Positions 18,214 to 28,734 of a stretch of DNA of 64,000 nt are shown here, one piece after another. This DNA is from Dethiobacter sp. (GTDB taxonomy: Bacteria > Bacillota > Dethiobacteria > DTU022 > UBA8154), in the NCBI GenBank assembly GCA_020725665.1, contig DYEO01000024.1, positions 17,408-81,407 on the forward strand, in the 5' to 3' direction. Numbering within the stretch: the stretch's first letter is position 1; every line of letters starts with the position of its first letter. Under the pieces are notes generated by a model. That model saw only the letters and a list, made by a program, of their open reading frames with translations, made no database searches and was not told the origin of the DNA. The position numbers were made by a program, and so were the translations under genes.

Positions 18214-18918
18214 ATGAAGAAAAATCTGCATCATACCGAAAGCTTCTTAAAAGGGCTGACAACTTTAACAGGACTGCCATATAAAAAGGTTCGGCAGTAT
18301 GCAAAAGAAAACAACCCCTTTAATATATTAGAACACCCTCATATTATGGAACCAAATGAAAAACAGCTTGAAAAGATAGGGTTGCTCAATGAGTTCATTG
18401 CCTCTTATAACCTCTTGAAAATCTATGAAAGTGAGAAGAAGATCACGCTCAATTCATCAACCGTATCAGGACAGTATTTTTTGGCTCTTTTAGGTGGAAT
18501 GAAGGATAAAGAGAGGTTCATGGTTGCCTTTCTGGATAATGGCAATAACCTGATTGAAACAAAGACCATGTCTGAAGGGAGTGTTGGACAAGCAGTTGTT
18601 TATCCCAGAGAGGTATTGAAATATGCCATTGCCTGTGATTGCAGGGCAATAATCTTAGCCCATAATCATCCTGGCGGCTCCACAAATTTTTCTCCGGAAG
18701 ATAGGGCATTGACACAGAGATTTGTTGATATTTTTCATCCTCTTGAAATTAAGGTTTTAGACCATATCGTTGTGGGTGGCACACGCTATTCTTCCATGGC
18801 GGAAAACGGAGAAATTCCTAATCAGTGTAACAGTAAAGCAAATTATGAAGTGATTGCATTAGGCGAAGCGGCAGTAGAAGAAAACCAGGATAGTTTTCAA
18901 TATACTCATTCATTTTAG
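18214..18918 (+). CDS. radC: RadC-like JAB/MPN domain protein
   Basis: JAMM motif ILAHNHPGGSTNFSPED and N-terminal HhH-like region. RBS AAGGGGG lies upstream of ATG 18214. Confidence 0.85.
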   Translation: MKKNLHHTESFLKGLTTLTGLPYKKVRQYAKENNPFNILEHPHIMEPNEKQLEKIGLLNEFIASYNLLKIYESEKKITLNSSTVSGQYFLALLGGMKDKERFMVAFLDNGNNLIETKTMSEGSVGQAVVYPREVLKYAIACDCRAIILAHNHPGGSTNFSPEDRALTQRFVDIFHPLEIKVLDHIVVGGTRYSSMAENGEIPNQCNSKANYEVIALGEAAVEENQDSFQYTHSF

Positions 18919-19176
18919 GCCGAAGAGAAGGGGAAAAACGATTGCAGCTAGTTCAGTATATCTATTTTGAGTTCATAAAGTCTTGCTATGAAAGGCTTTA
19001 TGAGCTTATGGGCATTGTTATAGTTAGATATATTCCATTGATGGAGAGAACCAATTGAAAATTATCTTTAATTATGAAGGGAATACTTGCCATTATTCGT
19101 AGTTTCGAATATAATATATTTTGTATGATTATAACTTTTAAGAGATATGTCAATGGGATATATCAGTTAAAACAGA

Positions 19177-20262
19177 ATGCAAATACCTTGCTGTAAGTCA
19201 AATCAGAAAGGCTTGCGATTAGGTGGGGGGCTTTCGGTAGAAATGTCAAAGGGTAAGATGGAGAAGCCATTAAGGACGATGAATAGATATATGGAACAAA
19301 TGGATAGAATCAGTAGGTTGACAGGAATAGCATCAAGGCTTAATATAGCAACCATGTTTGAGACTCCTATTAGTCGGTTGCTACAACAGCAAGACTATAT
19401 TGCCAATCTTTTTAAAAGCACAGAATTTACTTCTGCATTTTCATATGCAGAGAAAATTGAAAAGCTTGTATTGCCTAATGCTGCGGTTTTTTCTGAAGTA
19501 CAAAGAGCTTTAGATATTGTCAATACGCCTGCAATCAGAGAGGCAATTCTTTATGCAAATAGGATTGAAGGTATTATGCCTAAGCGTTTAGGCAGTATGT
19601 TTGAGAATTCTATAGCAATCCTTGAGAGGATTAATTTTAATAACAGCAGGCTGTCGTTCATTATAGATTCATTAAATACTTATCAAAACCTTTTCCAAAA
19701 CATAATAAATACCACTGCTTATAACAATTTGTTAGGGAACTTATTTCCTGAAGACGAGTATTCTCAGATATTCAACAATTTTGATAGTGAAATTGACGAG
19801 GTATCTTTAACCTCTATCGAAGAGGAAGAGCTTGCAAATGATATTACAGAGATTTATTCTTCTCCAAACTGGCAGCAACGGCTAAATGCAGCAATAATAA
19901 AATGGCAGGAAAAAAATCCTATAGTTATGCGGGTTTTACAAGCAATTGTTACGATAATTACCATAATAAGTGCAATAGTGACGATAGCTGGTTTTGTGCA
20001 TCAGGCTACCATCGTTTCAGATAAAGCAGCAATAAGAAAAGAACCTTCTAAAGCAGCTCCAATTGTATATACCGTTACAAAAAATGAAATCGTCACGATA
20101 ATTAGCGAAGAACGGTACTGGTACCAGGTCGAATATGTACCTCTAAAATTTGAGGATGAAGATAAAAAAACTGTTTACAGGGGATATATTGCTAAACGGA
20201 CAACAGTGAAAACCATTGAAACGAAGTCTACCAGCGCTGCTGAAGATGATGGTTTGGAATAA
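19177..20262 (+). CDS. Hypothetical membrane protein with C-terminal SH3b-like domain
   Basis: Low-GC region. TM helix VLQAIVTIITIISAIVTIAGFV, and a C-terminal segment IRKEPSKAAPIVYTVTKNEIVTI...YWYQVEY...GYI resembling a bacterial SH3. The true start may be an internal Met (MSKGKM at about 19243). Confidence 0.35.
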   Translation: MQIPCCKSNQKGLRLGGGLSVEMSKGKMEKPLRTMNRYMEQMDRISRLTGIASRLNIATMFETPISRLLQQQDYIANLFKSTEFTSAFSYAEKIEKLVLPNAAVFSEVQRALDIVNTPAIREAILYANRIEGIMPKRLGSMFENSIAILERINFNNSRLSFIIDSLNTYQNLFQNIINTTAYNNLLGNLFPEDEYSQIFNNFDSEIDEVSLTSIEEEELANDITEIYSSPNWQQRLNAAIIKWQEKNPIVMRVLQAIVTIITIISAIVTIAGFVHQATIVSDKAAIRKEPSKAAPIVYTVTKNEIVTIISEERYWYQVEYVPLKFEDEDKKTVYRGYIAKRTTVKTIETKSTSAAEDDGLE

Positions 20263-20302
20263 GTAGAAAAGTTTTGGATGGCAAGAAAGAAGGGGTGTTT
20301 AT

Positions 20303-20797
20303 TTGAAGCAAGTGAATTCTTTAATAAGATGCATACTGGATTTTTATAATCTCCAAAGAATGGAAAATCCAGTAGTTCTTGAACGTATGAAAGAGGGCAA
20401 TAGCGAGGAATGGGTAATGGACAGGTTGGAGCGGGCCATCTTTAATGATTGTGATAAAGAGGCTAAAGCTACTCATTCACGTTATGCCATATGGGGAGAA
20501 GATATCCGCAGTTTAACCTTGAAGGCAAGGAATGAGATGATACAAGGAAACTGTGAGCGTGCGGGGAAATTACTTAATATTGTGATCAACAGTATGGGTG
20601 CATTTATAGACGCACAAGTCATGCTCAGCAATAAGCCGGAAAATACAAGTTTTATAGAACCTGCTGAAATATTGGAATCTTATATAGAAGCATTGAAATC
20701 AAATAATTTTAAAGAAAGTGCCGAAATAGACAGTGTAGTTAAAAGGATGGAAGAGCTGATTAAAGATAAACCATTATTTTATGGGATTGAGGATTAA
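20303..20797 (+). CDS. Hypothetical protein
   Basis: 164 aa in a low-GC region with no motif recognised. Likely co-transcribed with 19177..20262. Confidence 0.3.
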   Translation: MKQVNSLIRCILDFYNLQRMENPVVLERMKEGNSEEWVMDRLERAIFNDCDKEAKATHSRYAIWGEDIRSLTLKARNEMIQGNCERAGKLLNIVINSMGAFIDAQVMLSNKPENTSFIEPAEILESYIEALKSNNFKESAEIDSVVKRMEELIKDKPLFYGIED

Positions 20798-20843
20798 GAA
20801 ATTGCTGGAGCCTAGAAAACTACATTTCGATGAGGGATGAGAA

Positions 20844-21068
20844 ATGGAATATATTACTGCGAAAGAAGCTGCTGAAAAATGGGGCATATCCCAACGGCGG
20901 GTGCAGGTTCTGTGTGAACAGGGCAGAGTTGATGGAGCCAAGCGCCTTGGCTGGGTATGGGCAATTCCTAAAGATGCTCCAAAACCAGCAGATGCAAGGT
21001 TTAAAAGAGAAGAAACCAGGACTAATGAAAAGAAGATAGATGCTAGGACAGGAGGGGTTAGGCAATGA
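20844..21068 (+). CDS. HTH DNA-binding protein (excisionase/MerR-like HTH_17) translationally coupled to Type III mod
   Basis: MEYITAKEAAEKWGISQRRVQVLCEQGRVDGA is a helix-turn-helix. Its stop overlaps the mod start (ATGA). A paralog lies at 36885..37055. Confidence 0.6.
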   Translation: MEYITAKEAAEKWGISQRRVQVLCEQGRVDGAKRLGWVWAIPKDAPKPADARFKREETRTNEKKIDARTGGVRQ

Positions 21069-24000
21069 GCGAAAAACTGCAACGCTTTACCAAACTTTTA
21101 AGGGACATGTTTGAGTTGGAGAAATCAGATCTTGACTTTGGCATATACCGCATCATGAATATCCGAAAAAATGAGATCAATAACTTCATTGAAAATACTC
21201 TTGCCAGTGAAGTTAATTCCATACTATCGAAATATGCTACCGACAACAGCCAGGTAAGAAAGCGTATTGAAGAAATTGAGAAGCAGTGTGAAAGCGTAGG
21301 GGTTAAGGTAGAGGACAGCAAGCTAAGGGAAGAATATGCCGAATATAAGGCGTTGCTTGCCTCCGGTACAGGAGTTGCCGAGCTGGAAAGTGATGTTTAT
21401 TCAGCTTTATATAACTTTTTCAGCCGTTACTATGATGAGGGAGATTTCATCAGCAAACGCCGCTACAAAGAAGGTGTTTATGCTATTCCCTATGAGGGGG
21501 AAGAAGTCAAACTTTACTGGGCCAACCATGACCAATACTATATCAAAACCAGTGAAAACTTCAGGGATTATTCCTTTAAGGTGGATGTACATGGAGAAAA
21601 GTATACGATTCATTTTAAGCTGGTTGACGCCAATACCGAGCAAAATAACAACAAAGAAAGTGATGACAAAAAGCGCGAATTTATTCTGCTGGATGAAAAC
21701 TTCCTGGAAGCGGAGGGTAATGAGCTTACAATAAAATTTGAATATCGTGTTCCTGCAAGTGAGCAGGATAGCGTAAACAAGCTGAAAGATAATTCTAAAT
21801 TAAATAAATCCGCCGTTGATAAAATTAAAGGCGCCGTTTCAGAAAATGCCGACTTAAAGCGCTTTGTCTGGGCCATAAACATGCCTGCTCCAACAGATAA
21901 AAATAAGACCCGCACAATTCTGGAAAAGCACCTGGAAACCTATGTTGCCAAGAACACCTTCGATTATTTTATTCACAAAGATTTGCGCGGTTTCTTGAAC
22001 AGGGAACTGGATTTTTACATAAAAGCCGAGATAATGCACCTGGACGACCTGGACACCGACAATGAAGTGAAAGTAAATGTCTACCTGGCCAAGGTGAAGG
22101 CCATTAAAAAGGTAGGCCGCACCATTATTGACTTTTTGGCGCAAATAGAGGACTTTCAGAAAAAGCTGTGGCTCAAGAAAAAGTTTGTGGTTGAAACAAA
22201 CTGGTGTATCACCCTTGATAAGATTGATGAGAGCTTCTATCCCGAAATAGCTGCAAATGATGCTCAACGGCAGGAATGGGTGGAACTGTATGCCATCGAT
22301 GAGATTGCCGGGGACTTGATGACAGAGGCTTATTCCAATCCGCTGACCGTAGATTTTTTAAAACAGAATAAAAACCTTGTGCTGGATACAAAGCATTTTA
22401 CAACAGAATTCAAGGAGAGGCTGGTTGCGAGCATTGACAATTTAGATGAGGAGACAAACGGCCTCTTAATTCACAGTGAAAATTTTCAGGCATTGAATTT
22501 GCTGCAGGAAAAGTATCGGGAAAAGATTTCTGGAATATATATTGATCCTCCTTATAATACAGATGCAACAGAAATTGTTTATAAAAATGGCTACAAAGAT
22601 AGTTCTTGGTGTTCTTTAATTAATGACAGGATGGCTATTGCAAAAAAACTTATGCATAAGGATGCTTGTGCTTGTACAACTATTGATGAATGCGAAGTCA
22701 ACAATCTTGCCTTTATAATTGGCCAAGTTATGGGAGGGTATATTCTTAGACCGGTAATTATTGAGTATAATCATCGCGGGCGGGTGAAAAGTAACTTTGC
22801 AATTACCCATGAATATGCTTTATGGGCTATTCCTCAAGGCAGAGATTTAATTACTCGCAAAAGAGAAACATCAGATGATATTAGAAGAAATCTAAGAAGA
22901 ACCGGTACAGATTCCACAAGACAAGCGTCACCTAAACAGTTTTACGGGATTGAAGTTGATAATGATACATTGGCTATTGTGGGTGTAACTGAACCTTTGC
23001 CTCTTGGTACTCCTATTCCAGAACATAATAACCCTAAAACAACTATGGTATGGCCGATTGATGAGCAAGGAGTTGAAAGAAGATGGTATTATGGAAGCGA
23101 AAGAGTTCTTATTGAAGCAACTGAGGGGACTGTTTGGGCTAAACGTATAAAAGGAGAAATACAGATACATTATCATCAAGATGGAAAACCCAAAATGAGA
23201 AAATCTGTTTGGGTAGGGAAATTATTAGATGCTAGTACATATGGTTCTGAATTACTGAATGATATTTTTGGTATGGCTAAAGCAGACTTTTCGTTTCCCA
23301 AAAGTATTTATGCTGTTAAAGAATGTTTGGAAGCAATGTCATATAATCCTAAAGCGGTATTTCTTGATTACTTCGCCGGCTCCGGTACAACAGGTCATGC
23401 AGTAATAAACCTCAACCGCGAAGACGGAGGCAATCGTAAATATATCCTTGTAGAAATGGGCAATTATTTCAACACAGTTACCAAGCCGAGGATCAAAAAG
23501 GTTATCTATGCTAAAGACTGGAAAGACGGCAAGCCACAGAACAGAAATACCGGTGTTTCACAGATTTTTAAATACATCCGTCTGGAAAGCTACGAGGATA
23601 CATTGAATAATATCGAGCTTAGGCGCACGCCTGAGCAGGAAAAGCAGCTGAGGATGGACACAAACTTCTTTAATGAGTATCTTATATCATATATGCTGGA
23701 TATTGAAAGCAGGGGCAGCCTCTTAAGCCTTGACCGATTTAAGGAGCCTTTTGCCTATAAAATGAAAATTGCCGAGAACAGCGAAACAAAAGAAACAATC
23801 ATTGATCTAGTGGAAACCTTTAATTACCTCCTTGGCCTTGCTGTTAAGAGACAAAAAGCTGCTGCCCGCTTTAATGCCGTCCCTGATGAGAAGGGTGGAT
23901 ATGAAAATGCAGTAATGCTCACAGAAGACAAGGAAGGAAAGTATATCTTTAAAACAGTGGAAGGCATTATGCCCAATGGGGATAAAGCTCTTGTCATCTG

Positions 24001-24208
24001 GCGCAGCCTTACCGATGATCTGGCAGCTGACAACGCAGCTTTAGACAGCTACTTCATTAAATATTGCGCTGGAGCTAAAGGTAAGGACTTTGATGTTATC
24101 TATGTCAATGGAGACAACAATTTAGAAAACCTCCGCAAGGACAACCAGCAGTGGAAGGTTCATTTAATCGAGCTTGAATTTAAGAAGAGAATGTTCGAGG
24201 AGGTGTGA
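21065..24208 (+). CDS. mod: Type III restriction-modification Mod (N6-adenine/N4-cytosine beta-class DNA methyltransferase) with about 480 aa N-terminal extension
   Basis: Motif IV IYIDPPYNT (about aa 495) precedes motif I FLDYFAGSGTTGHAV (about aa 790), the beta-class order typical of Type III Mod. It overlaps the res start. Confidence 0.8.
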   Translation: MSEKLQRFTKLLRDMFELEKSDLDFGIYRIMNIRKNEINNFIENTLASEVNSILSKYATDNSQVRKRIEEIEKQCESVGVKVEDSKLREEYAEYKALLASGTGVAELESDVYSALYNFFSRYYDEGDFISKRRYKEGVYAIPYEGEEVKLYWANHDQYYIKTSENFRDYSFKVDVHGEKYTIHFKLVDANTEQNNNKESDDKKREFILLDENFLEAEGNELTIKFEYRVPASEQDSVNKLKDNSKLNKSAVDKIKGAVSENADLKRFVWAINMPAPTDKNKTRTILEKHLETYVAKNTFDYFIHKDLRGFLNRELDFYIKAEIMHLDDLDTDNEVKVNVYLAKVKAIKKVGRTIIDFLAQIEDFQKKLWLKKKFVVETNWCITLDKIDESFYPEIAANDAQRQEWVELYAIDEIAGDLMTEAYSNPLTVDFLKQNKNLVLDTKHFTTEFKERLVASIDNLDEETNGLLIHSENFQALNLLQEKYREKISGIYIDPPYNTDATEIVYKNGYKDSSWCSLINDRMAIAKKLMHKDACACTTIDECEVNNLAFIIGQVMGGYILRPVIIEYNHRGRVKSNFAITHEYALWAIPQGRDLITRKRETSDDIRRNLRRTGTDSTRQASPKQFYGIEVDNDTLAIVGVTEPLPLGTPIPEHNNPKTTMVWPIDEQGVERRWYYGSERVLIEATEGTVWAKRIKGEIQIHYHQDGKPKMRKSVWVGKLLDASTYGSELLNDIFGMAKADFSFPKSIYAVKECLEAMSYNPKAVFLDYFAGSGTTGHAVINLNREDGGNRKYILVEMGNYFNTVTKPRIKKVIYAKDWKDGKPQNRNTGVSQIFKYIRLESYEDTLNNIELRRTPEQEKQLRMDTNFFNEYLISYMLDIESRGSLLSLDRFKEPFAYKMKIAENSETKETIIDLVETFNYLLGLAVKRQKAAARFNAVPDEKGGYENAVMLTEDKEGKYIFKTVEGIMPNGDKALVIWRSLTDDLAADNAALDSYFIKYCAGAKGKDFDVIYVNGDNNLENLRKDNQQWKVHLIELEFKKRMFEEV

Positions 24209-27200
24209 TGATGGGAGCAAAGAAGACCAAGAAAGCAAATAAAGCCATCAATCTCAATGATTGCCTGGTGCTCAATAAGTACTTCCTTTCCCTCTTTGGC
24301 AAAAGAGATTTCAGGGAACTGGCGGAAGACATGAGGTCTGCTGATCTGGAAGGGTATAATGAAGAGAACACCTCCTATTTCCATGAATTTATAGTACGCA
24401 AGTATGTTAAGCTGGGCTTTTTAAATAAGGACAAGCTGAAGGAATATGATGAAAACATCTTCCGTTATGTCCAGCATATCGGTGAGGGCCGGGGCGGGCT
24501 TACCCTAAAATATTTCCAGTATCTTGCTTTGCTTTTTACCGAAATGTATCTCGACAGGTATTTCCTGGATAGGGAAAACTTTGTTGCCGACTTAAATAAT
24601 TTCCTGCATGAATTCAATGCTGAAAGCGATGGTGAAACAATTTCGGATTATACACCGGACAGCTTGAACAAGCTAGCCTTTATGTGCGCTACAGGTAGCG
24701 GCAAGACGTTAATTATGCATGCTAATATCCTGCAATTCCAACATTACTTTAAGAGAGCGCAGGAATATAACAAAAGCTTGGCGCTAAATAAAATCATTCT
24801 TCTTACGCCCAATGAAGGTTTATCGCACCAGCACATTGAGGAAATGAAGCTTTCCGGCATCCGCTGCCGCCTCTTTGAAAAGGATACCCTACAGGAAAAA
24901 GACGGAGTGCTGGTCATAGATATCAACAAGCTGGAAGAACAGGGTAAGGTGAAGACAGTTTCTGTGGACAGTTTCGAGCAGAACAACCTTGTCCTGGTTG
25001 ACGAAGGGCACAAAGGGCTCTCGGGGGATGTGTGGTATGATTTTCGCAGCCGGTTGTCGGAAAATGGTTTTTCCTTCGAGTACTCAGCGACTTTTAAGCA
25101 GGCGATCAAGGAGGAAAAAACAAAGTCAGAGGCGGAGGCTCTTGCTCATCAGTACGGCAAGGCTATTATCTTTGACTATTCTTATAAGTACTTCTATAAC
25201 GACGGATATGGCAAGGAATACCGCATTTACAACCTGAAAGAGAGTCTTTCCAAGGAGCAGCAAGAGCTGTATTTAACGGGTTGCTTGCTCAGTTTTTATC
25301 AGCAAATGAAAATTTATCAGAGCGATAGAGGGGCCTTTGTCCCCTTCAATATTGAAAAACCGCTCTTAGTATTTGTTGGCAACAGTGTCAATAAAACCGT
25401 CAGCAAGGACGAGTTAACCGACGTGCAGGAAGTCCTGGCCTTTATTAACGGCTTTACAGCCAATAGAGAAAAGGCCGTAAGCCGAATCAAAATGTTGCTG
25501 GATGACAATACCGGGCTCCTTGATGAAAGAGGGCAGGAGCTGTTTTACGGCGATTTTTCCTATCTGCAAAATCTGTTTAAGCGAGATGCCGGCTCTGTTT
25601 ATGACGATGTGTTAAAAATCGTTTTTGAGGCAACTTCCACAGGCAGGCTGCACTTAGTAAATCTAAAGCAGTTGGGTGGAGAAATCGGTTTACGGGTCGG
25701 CAGCGACAATGAGTTTTTCGGGGTCATCAACGTTGGTGCTGGCGGCGACAGCGAGCTGATTAAGAATATTGAAAAAGGAAAGACCGGGATTGTTACCGAT
25801 GAAAACCAGTTTGAGAACGAGTCTCTGTTTAAAAAAATAAATGATAAAAATTCCAAGATTAATATACTTATTGGCTCTAAAAAGTTTACAGAAGGGTGGA
25901 ACAGCTGGCGGGTTTCCACCATGGGGCTGATTAACTTTGCCAAAGGCGAAGGCTCTCAGGCCATTCAGCTTTTTGGCAGGGGGGTAAGGCTTAAAGGTTA
26001 CGGAAACTGTCTCAAGCGCAGTTCCAAACTGGACTACCCTGTTGAAGTGCCAAGGTATATTAACAAAATAGAAACCTTAACTATATTTGGCGTAAAAGCC
26101 GATTATATGGCACAATTCAAAGAATATCTTGAAAAGGAAGATATGGATCTCAATGACTCCATCAGAGAGTTCAGGCTCCCTGTAGTAAGCCGTTTTCATG
26201 ATGTGAAGGATAAACTGAAGGTGATTAAGGTCAAGGACGGTATCAATTTCAAAAAACAATCGAAACGGCTAATCCTTACTACTCCTTCAGACGGCTTTAT
26301 GGACAACCTGGTCAAAAATAAAATCAAGATTGATTATAATGCTACCGTCCAAAGCCTTACCTCTACCAGGAGTGAAGATGTAAAATATCAAAAGGACGAG
26401 GCTGTATTGGAGCCATATCATATCGCATTTTTAGATGTGGATAAGCTTTATGCTGAGCTGCTGCAATACAAAAACCAAAAGGCTTATTACAATATCAGCA
26501 TCGAAAAGTCATTATTGCCGGAAATACTTAAGACTAAAGGCTGGTACACTTTGTTTGTCCCCAAAGCGCTGATGGAAATTGACAGTTTTGATAAAATCGG
26601 CAGAATCAATGATATATGTGTGATGCTTCTGAAAAACTATCTGGACAGGTTTTATAAATATCATAAGGCAGAGTGGGAAGCGCCGCACCTGGTTTACGGA
26701 GACTTAAAATCCAGTGATAAGAATTTTATCGACGAGTATAATATTACTCTTTTTAACAAAGAGAAATTCGACGAATTTGCAGAGCTGATTGAGGGAATCA
26801 GAGAGGCTTTGGAAAAAAACAGGCGTTTGGACAAGTACGAGGATAAGCATTTGAATTTCCGCTACTTTGATTTTTACAGCCACCTTTACACTCCCCTAAT
26901 CTCTATAGATAAAGGAATCCGTATCGAGGTTTCGCCGGTAAGCCTCAACAGCGATGAAAAGTTGTTTATTGATAGGCTGAAGAAATATTGCGATGATAAT
27001 CCATCTGCTTTTATCGAAAAGAGGCTGTACCTGCTCCGCAATAAGAGCAAAGCTGGTATTGGCTTTTTTGAAGCAGGAAATTTTTACCCGGACTTTATTA
27101 TGTGGATTGCCGAAGATGACAAGCAGTATATTACCTTTATTGACCCAAAAGGCATTATGATGCTGGAAAAGAATATTAATAATCCTAAAATCCAATTTTA

Positions 27201-27414
27201 TAAAACCATCAAGGAAAAGGAAGCCCAGTTGCAGCCATCCTGTACAGAAAAACAGATAATTTTGAATTCCTTCATCATTTCCGGCACACCGGCTGCAGAT
27301 GCCAGCGCTCATTTTGGAGTTAGGAGACCTGAGTTTGAAAGCAGAAATGTGCTTTTTCTGGAGGATGATGATTGTATAGAGAAGATGATGAGCAAGATAT
27401 GTCTGGAATGCTAA
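24205..27414 (+). CDS. res: Type III restriction enzyme Res subunit (SF2 helicase plus PD-(D/E)xK nuclease)
   Basis: Walker A CATGSGKTL, DEAH-like VLVDEGHKG, SAT motif, and LFGRGVR motif VI. The C-terminal YPDF...TFIDPKG is a PD..DxK endonuclease motif. Confidence 0.8.
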   Translation: MMMGAKKTKKANKAINLNDCLVLNKYFLSLFGKRDFRELAEDMRSADLEGYNEENTSYFHEFIVRKYVKLGFLNKDKLKEYDENIFRYVQHIGEGRGGLTLKYFQYLALLFTEMYLDRYFLDRENFVADLNNFLHEFNAESDGETISDYTPDSLNKLAFMCATGSGKTLIMHANILQFQHYFKRAQEYNKSLALNKIILLTPNEGLSHQHIEEMKLSGIRCRLFEKDTLQEKDGVLVIDINKLEEQGKVKTVSVDSFEQNNLVLVDEGHKGLSGDVWYDFRSRLSENGFSFEYSATFKQAIKEEKTKSEAEALAHQYGKAIIFDYSYKYFYNDGYGKEYRIYNLKESLSKEQQELYLTGCLLSFYQQMKIYQSDRGAFVPFNIEKPLLVFVGNSVNKTVSKDELTDVQEVLAFINGFTANREKAVSRIKMLLDDNTGLLDERGQELFYGDFSYLQNLFKRDAGSVYDDVLKIVFEATSTGRLHLVNLKQLGGEIGLRVGSDNEFFGVINVGAGGDSELIKNIEKGKTGIVTDENQFENESLFKKINDKNSKINILIGSKKFTEGWNSWRVSTMGLINFAKGEGSQAIQLFGRGVRLKGYGNCLKRSSKLDYPVEVPRYINKIETLTIFGVKADYMAQFKEYLEKEDMDLNDSIREFRLPVVSRFHDVKDKLKVIKVKDGINFKKQSKRLILTTPSDGFMDNLVKNKIKIDYNATVQSLTSTRSEDVKYQKDEAVLEPYHIAFLDVDKLYAELLQYKNQKAYYNISIEKSLLPEILKTKGWYTLFVPKALMEIDSFDKIGRINDICVMLLKNYLDRFYKYHKAEWEAPHLVYGDLKSSDKNFIDEYNITLFNKEKFDEFAELIEGIREALEKNRRLDKYEDKHLNFRYFDFYSHLYTPLISIDKGIRIEVSPVSLNSDEKLFIDRLKKYCDDNPSAFIEKRLYLLRNKSKAGIGFFEAGNFYPDFIMWIAEDDKQYITFIDPKGIMMLEKNINNPKIQFYKTIKEKEAQLQPSCTEKQIILNSFIISGTPAADASAHFGVRRPEFESRNVLFLEDDDCIEKMMSKICLEC

Positions 27415-27436
27415 GAACCGGCGAGCATGGAGAGGC

Positions 27437-28084
27437 ATGGGGCTAAATGAGCTAAACGAGGTTTGTAATGTGGAGCGTGATGAGTTTATCGTAGCAAAGA
27501 GGTGCGGAAAAGTGGCTGTTAATTATAAAAAGTGCCCTAAATGCGGGTCTAAGAATTCGGTTAAAATTGTATATGGCATGCCAAGTTTTAAGCTTTTCCA
27601 GGAAGGCGAAGCCGGAAAGGTAAAATTGGGTGGTTGTTGCATTATAGAGGGCAGTCCTGAATACCACTGCAAGGATTGTAACAATGAGTGGAACCGGGAG
27701 CAGGTGCTTGACATCGCATACGGTCAGATCAAAGGGCTTAAAGCATCAGTGGGTGGTTACTTCGGTGGTTATTATCGTGTAACTATTGATTTGACAAATC
27801 TTAAAACTACATGGCTGTTCAACGAGGGCGGTTCTGAAGAAGCCAGTACAAGATCCATTCGAACAAAAACAGCAGAAGAATTCATTAAGTGTTTAAAAGA
27901 GATTAACCTGCTGAATTGGAAAGGTAAGTACATAGAACCCGGAGTCTGTGATGGGACCCAATGGAGCATTGAAATAATTACTGACGAGAGAACCGTCAGA
28001 AAATATGGTAGCAATAAGTTTCCGGAAGAATGGAAACAGTTTTGCAAAATTATTAAAAAAATAACCGGAAAAGAATTCAGGTGA
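27437..28084 (+). CDS. Hypothetical zinc-ribbon protein
   Basis: CPKCG ... HCKDCN four-cysteine zinc ribbon near the N-terminus; the remainder is unassigned. Starts 20 nt after res and overlaps the next gene. Confidence 0.35.
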   Translation: MGLNELNEVCNVERDEFIVAKRCGKVAVNYKKCPKCGSKNSVKIVYGMPSFKLFQEGEAGKVKLGGCCIIEGSPEYHCKDCNNEWNREQVLDIAYGQIKGLKASVGGYFGGYYRVTIDLTNLKTTWLFNEGGSEEASTRSIRTKTAEEFIKCLKEINLLNWKGKYIEPGVCDGTQWSIEIITDERTVRKYGSNKFPEEWKQFCKIIKKITGKEFR

Positions 28085-28734
28085 AGCTTATGAAAGCCTA
28101 TCAAATAAAAATCGAATTGATTAATTCCGAACCGCTAATATGGAGAAGGGTAGTTATCCCGGCGGATGTTACCTTCAGACGCCTGCATGACACAATACAA
28201 TTTTCAATGGGTTGGCGGGATTATCATCTTTATGAATTTGAGTTCCCGCAGGAGAAACTCAGAATTACAAATGACGAAGAATCCTATGAGGAATTCAAAT
28301 TTTATTCTTCTAAGTACAAAAGCAAAAAGCCAGCAAAAAAGGAAGACTCTCATGGCATTATAGCCGGGATAATTGAAACAAACGTTAGACAGCCTCAAAC
28401 GATCAAAATTGACAAGTATCTGGAAAAGTATAAGACCTTTGAGTACATTTACGACTTTGGCGACTACTGGAGACATAAAATTGAACTGGAAAAAACCATA
28501 GAAGATTATGAGTTTGGTTACCCTACAATACTTGCGGGCGAGGGCGCTTGTCCGCCGGAAGATGTAGGTGGCCTTGGCGGTTATAAAGAATTCCTTGAAG
28601 CATGGAATGACCCTAAGCACCCGGAACATGAATCAATGAGGCAATGGGGAGAAAGCCAGTATTACAGGGAATTTGACATTGACTTTAGAAATGATCTGCT
28701 AAAGACATGCTTGAAAATCAAAAAAGTAAAGTAG
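28081..28734 (+). CDS. pRiA4b ORF-3-like family protein (PF07929-like)
   Basis: IYDFGDYWRHKIELE and GEGACPPEDVGG motifs are characteristic of the plasmid pRiA4b ORF-3 family, recalled from memory. Its ATGA start overlaps the previous gene. Confidence 0.5.
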   Translation: MKLMKAYQIKIELINSEPLIWRRVVIPADVTFRRLHDTIQFSMGWRDYHLYEFEFPQEKLRITNDEESYEEFKFYSSKYKSKKPAKKEDSHGIIAGIIETNVRQPQTIKIDKYLEKYKTFEYIYDFGDYWRHKIELEKTIEDYEFGYPTILAGEGACPPEDVGGLGGYKEFLEAWNDPKHPEHESMRQWGESQYYREFDIDFRNDLLKTCLKIKKVK

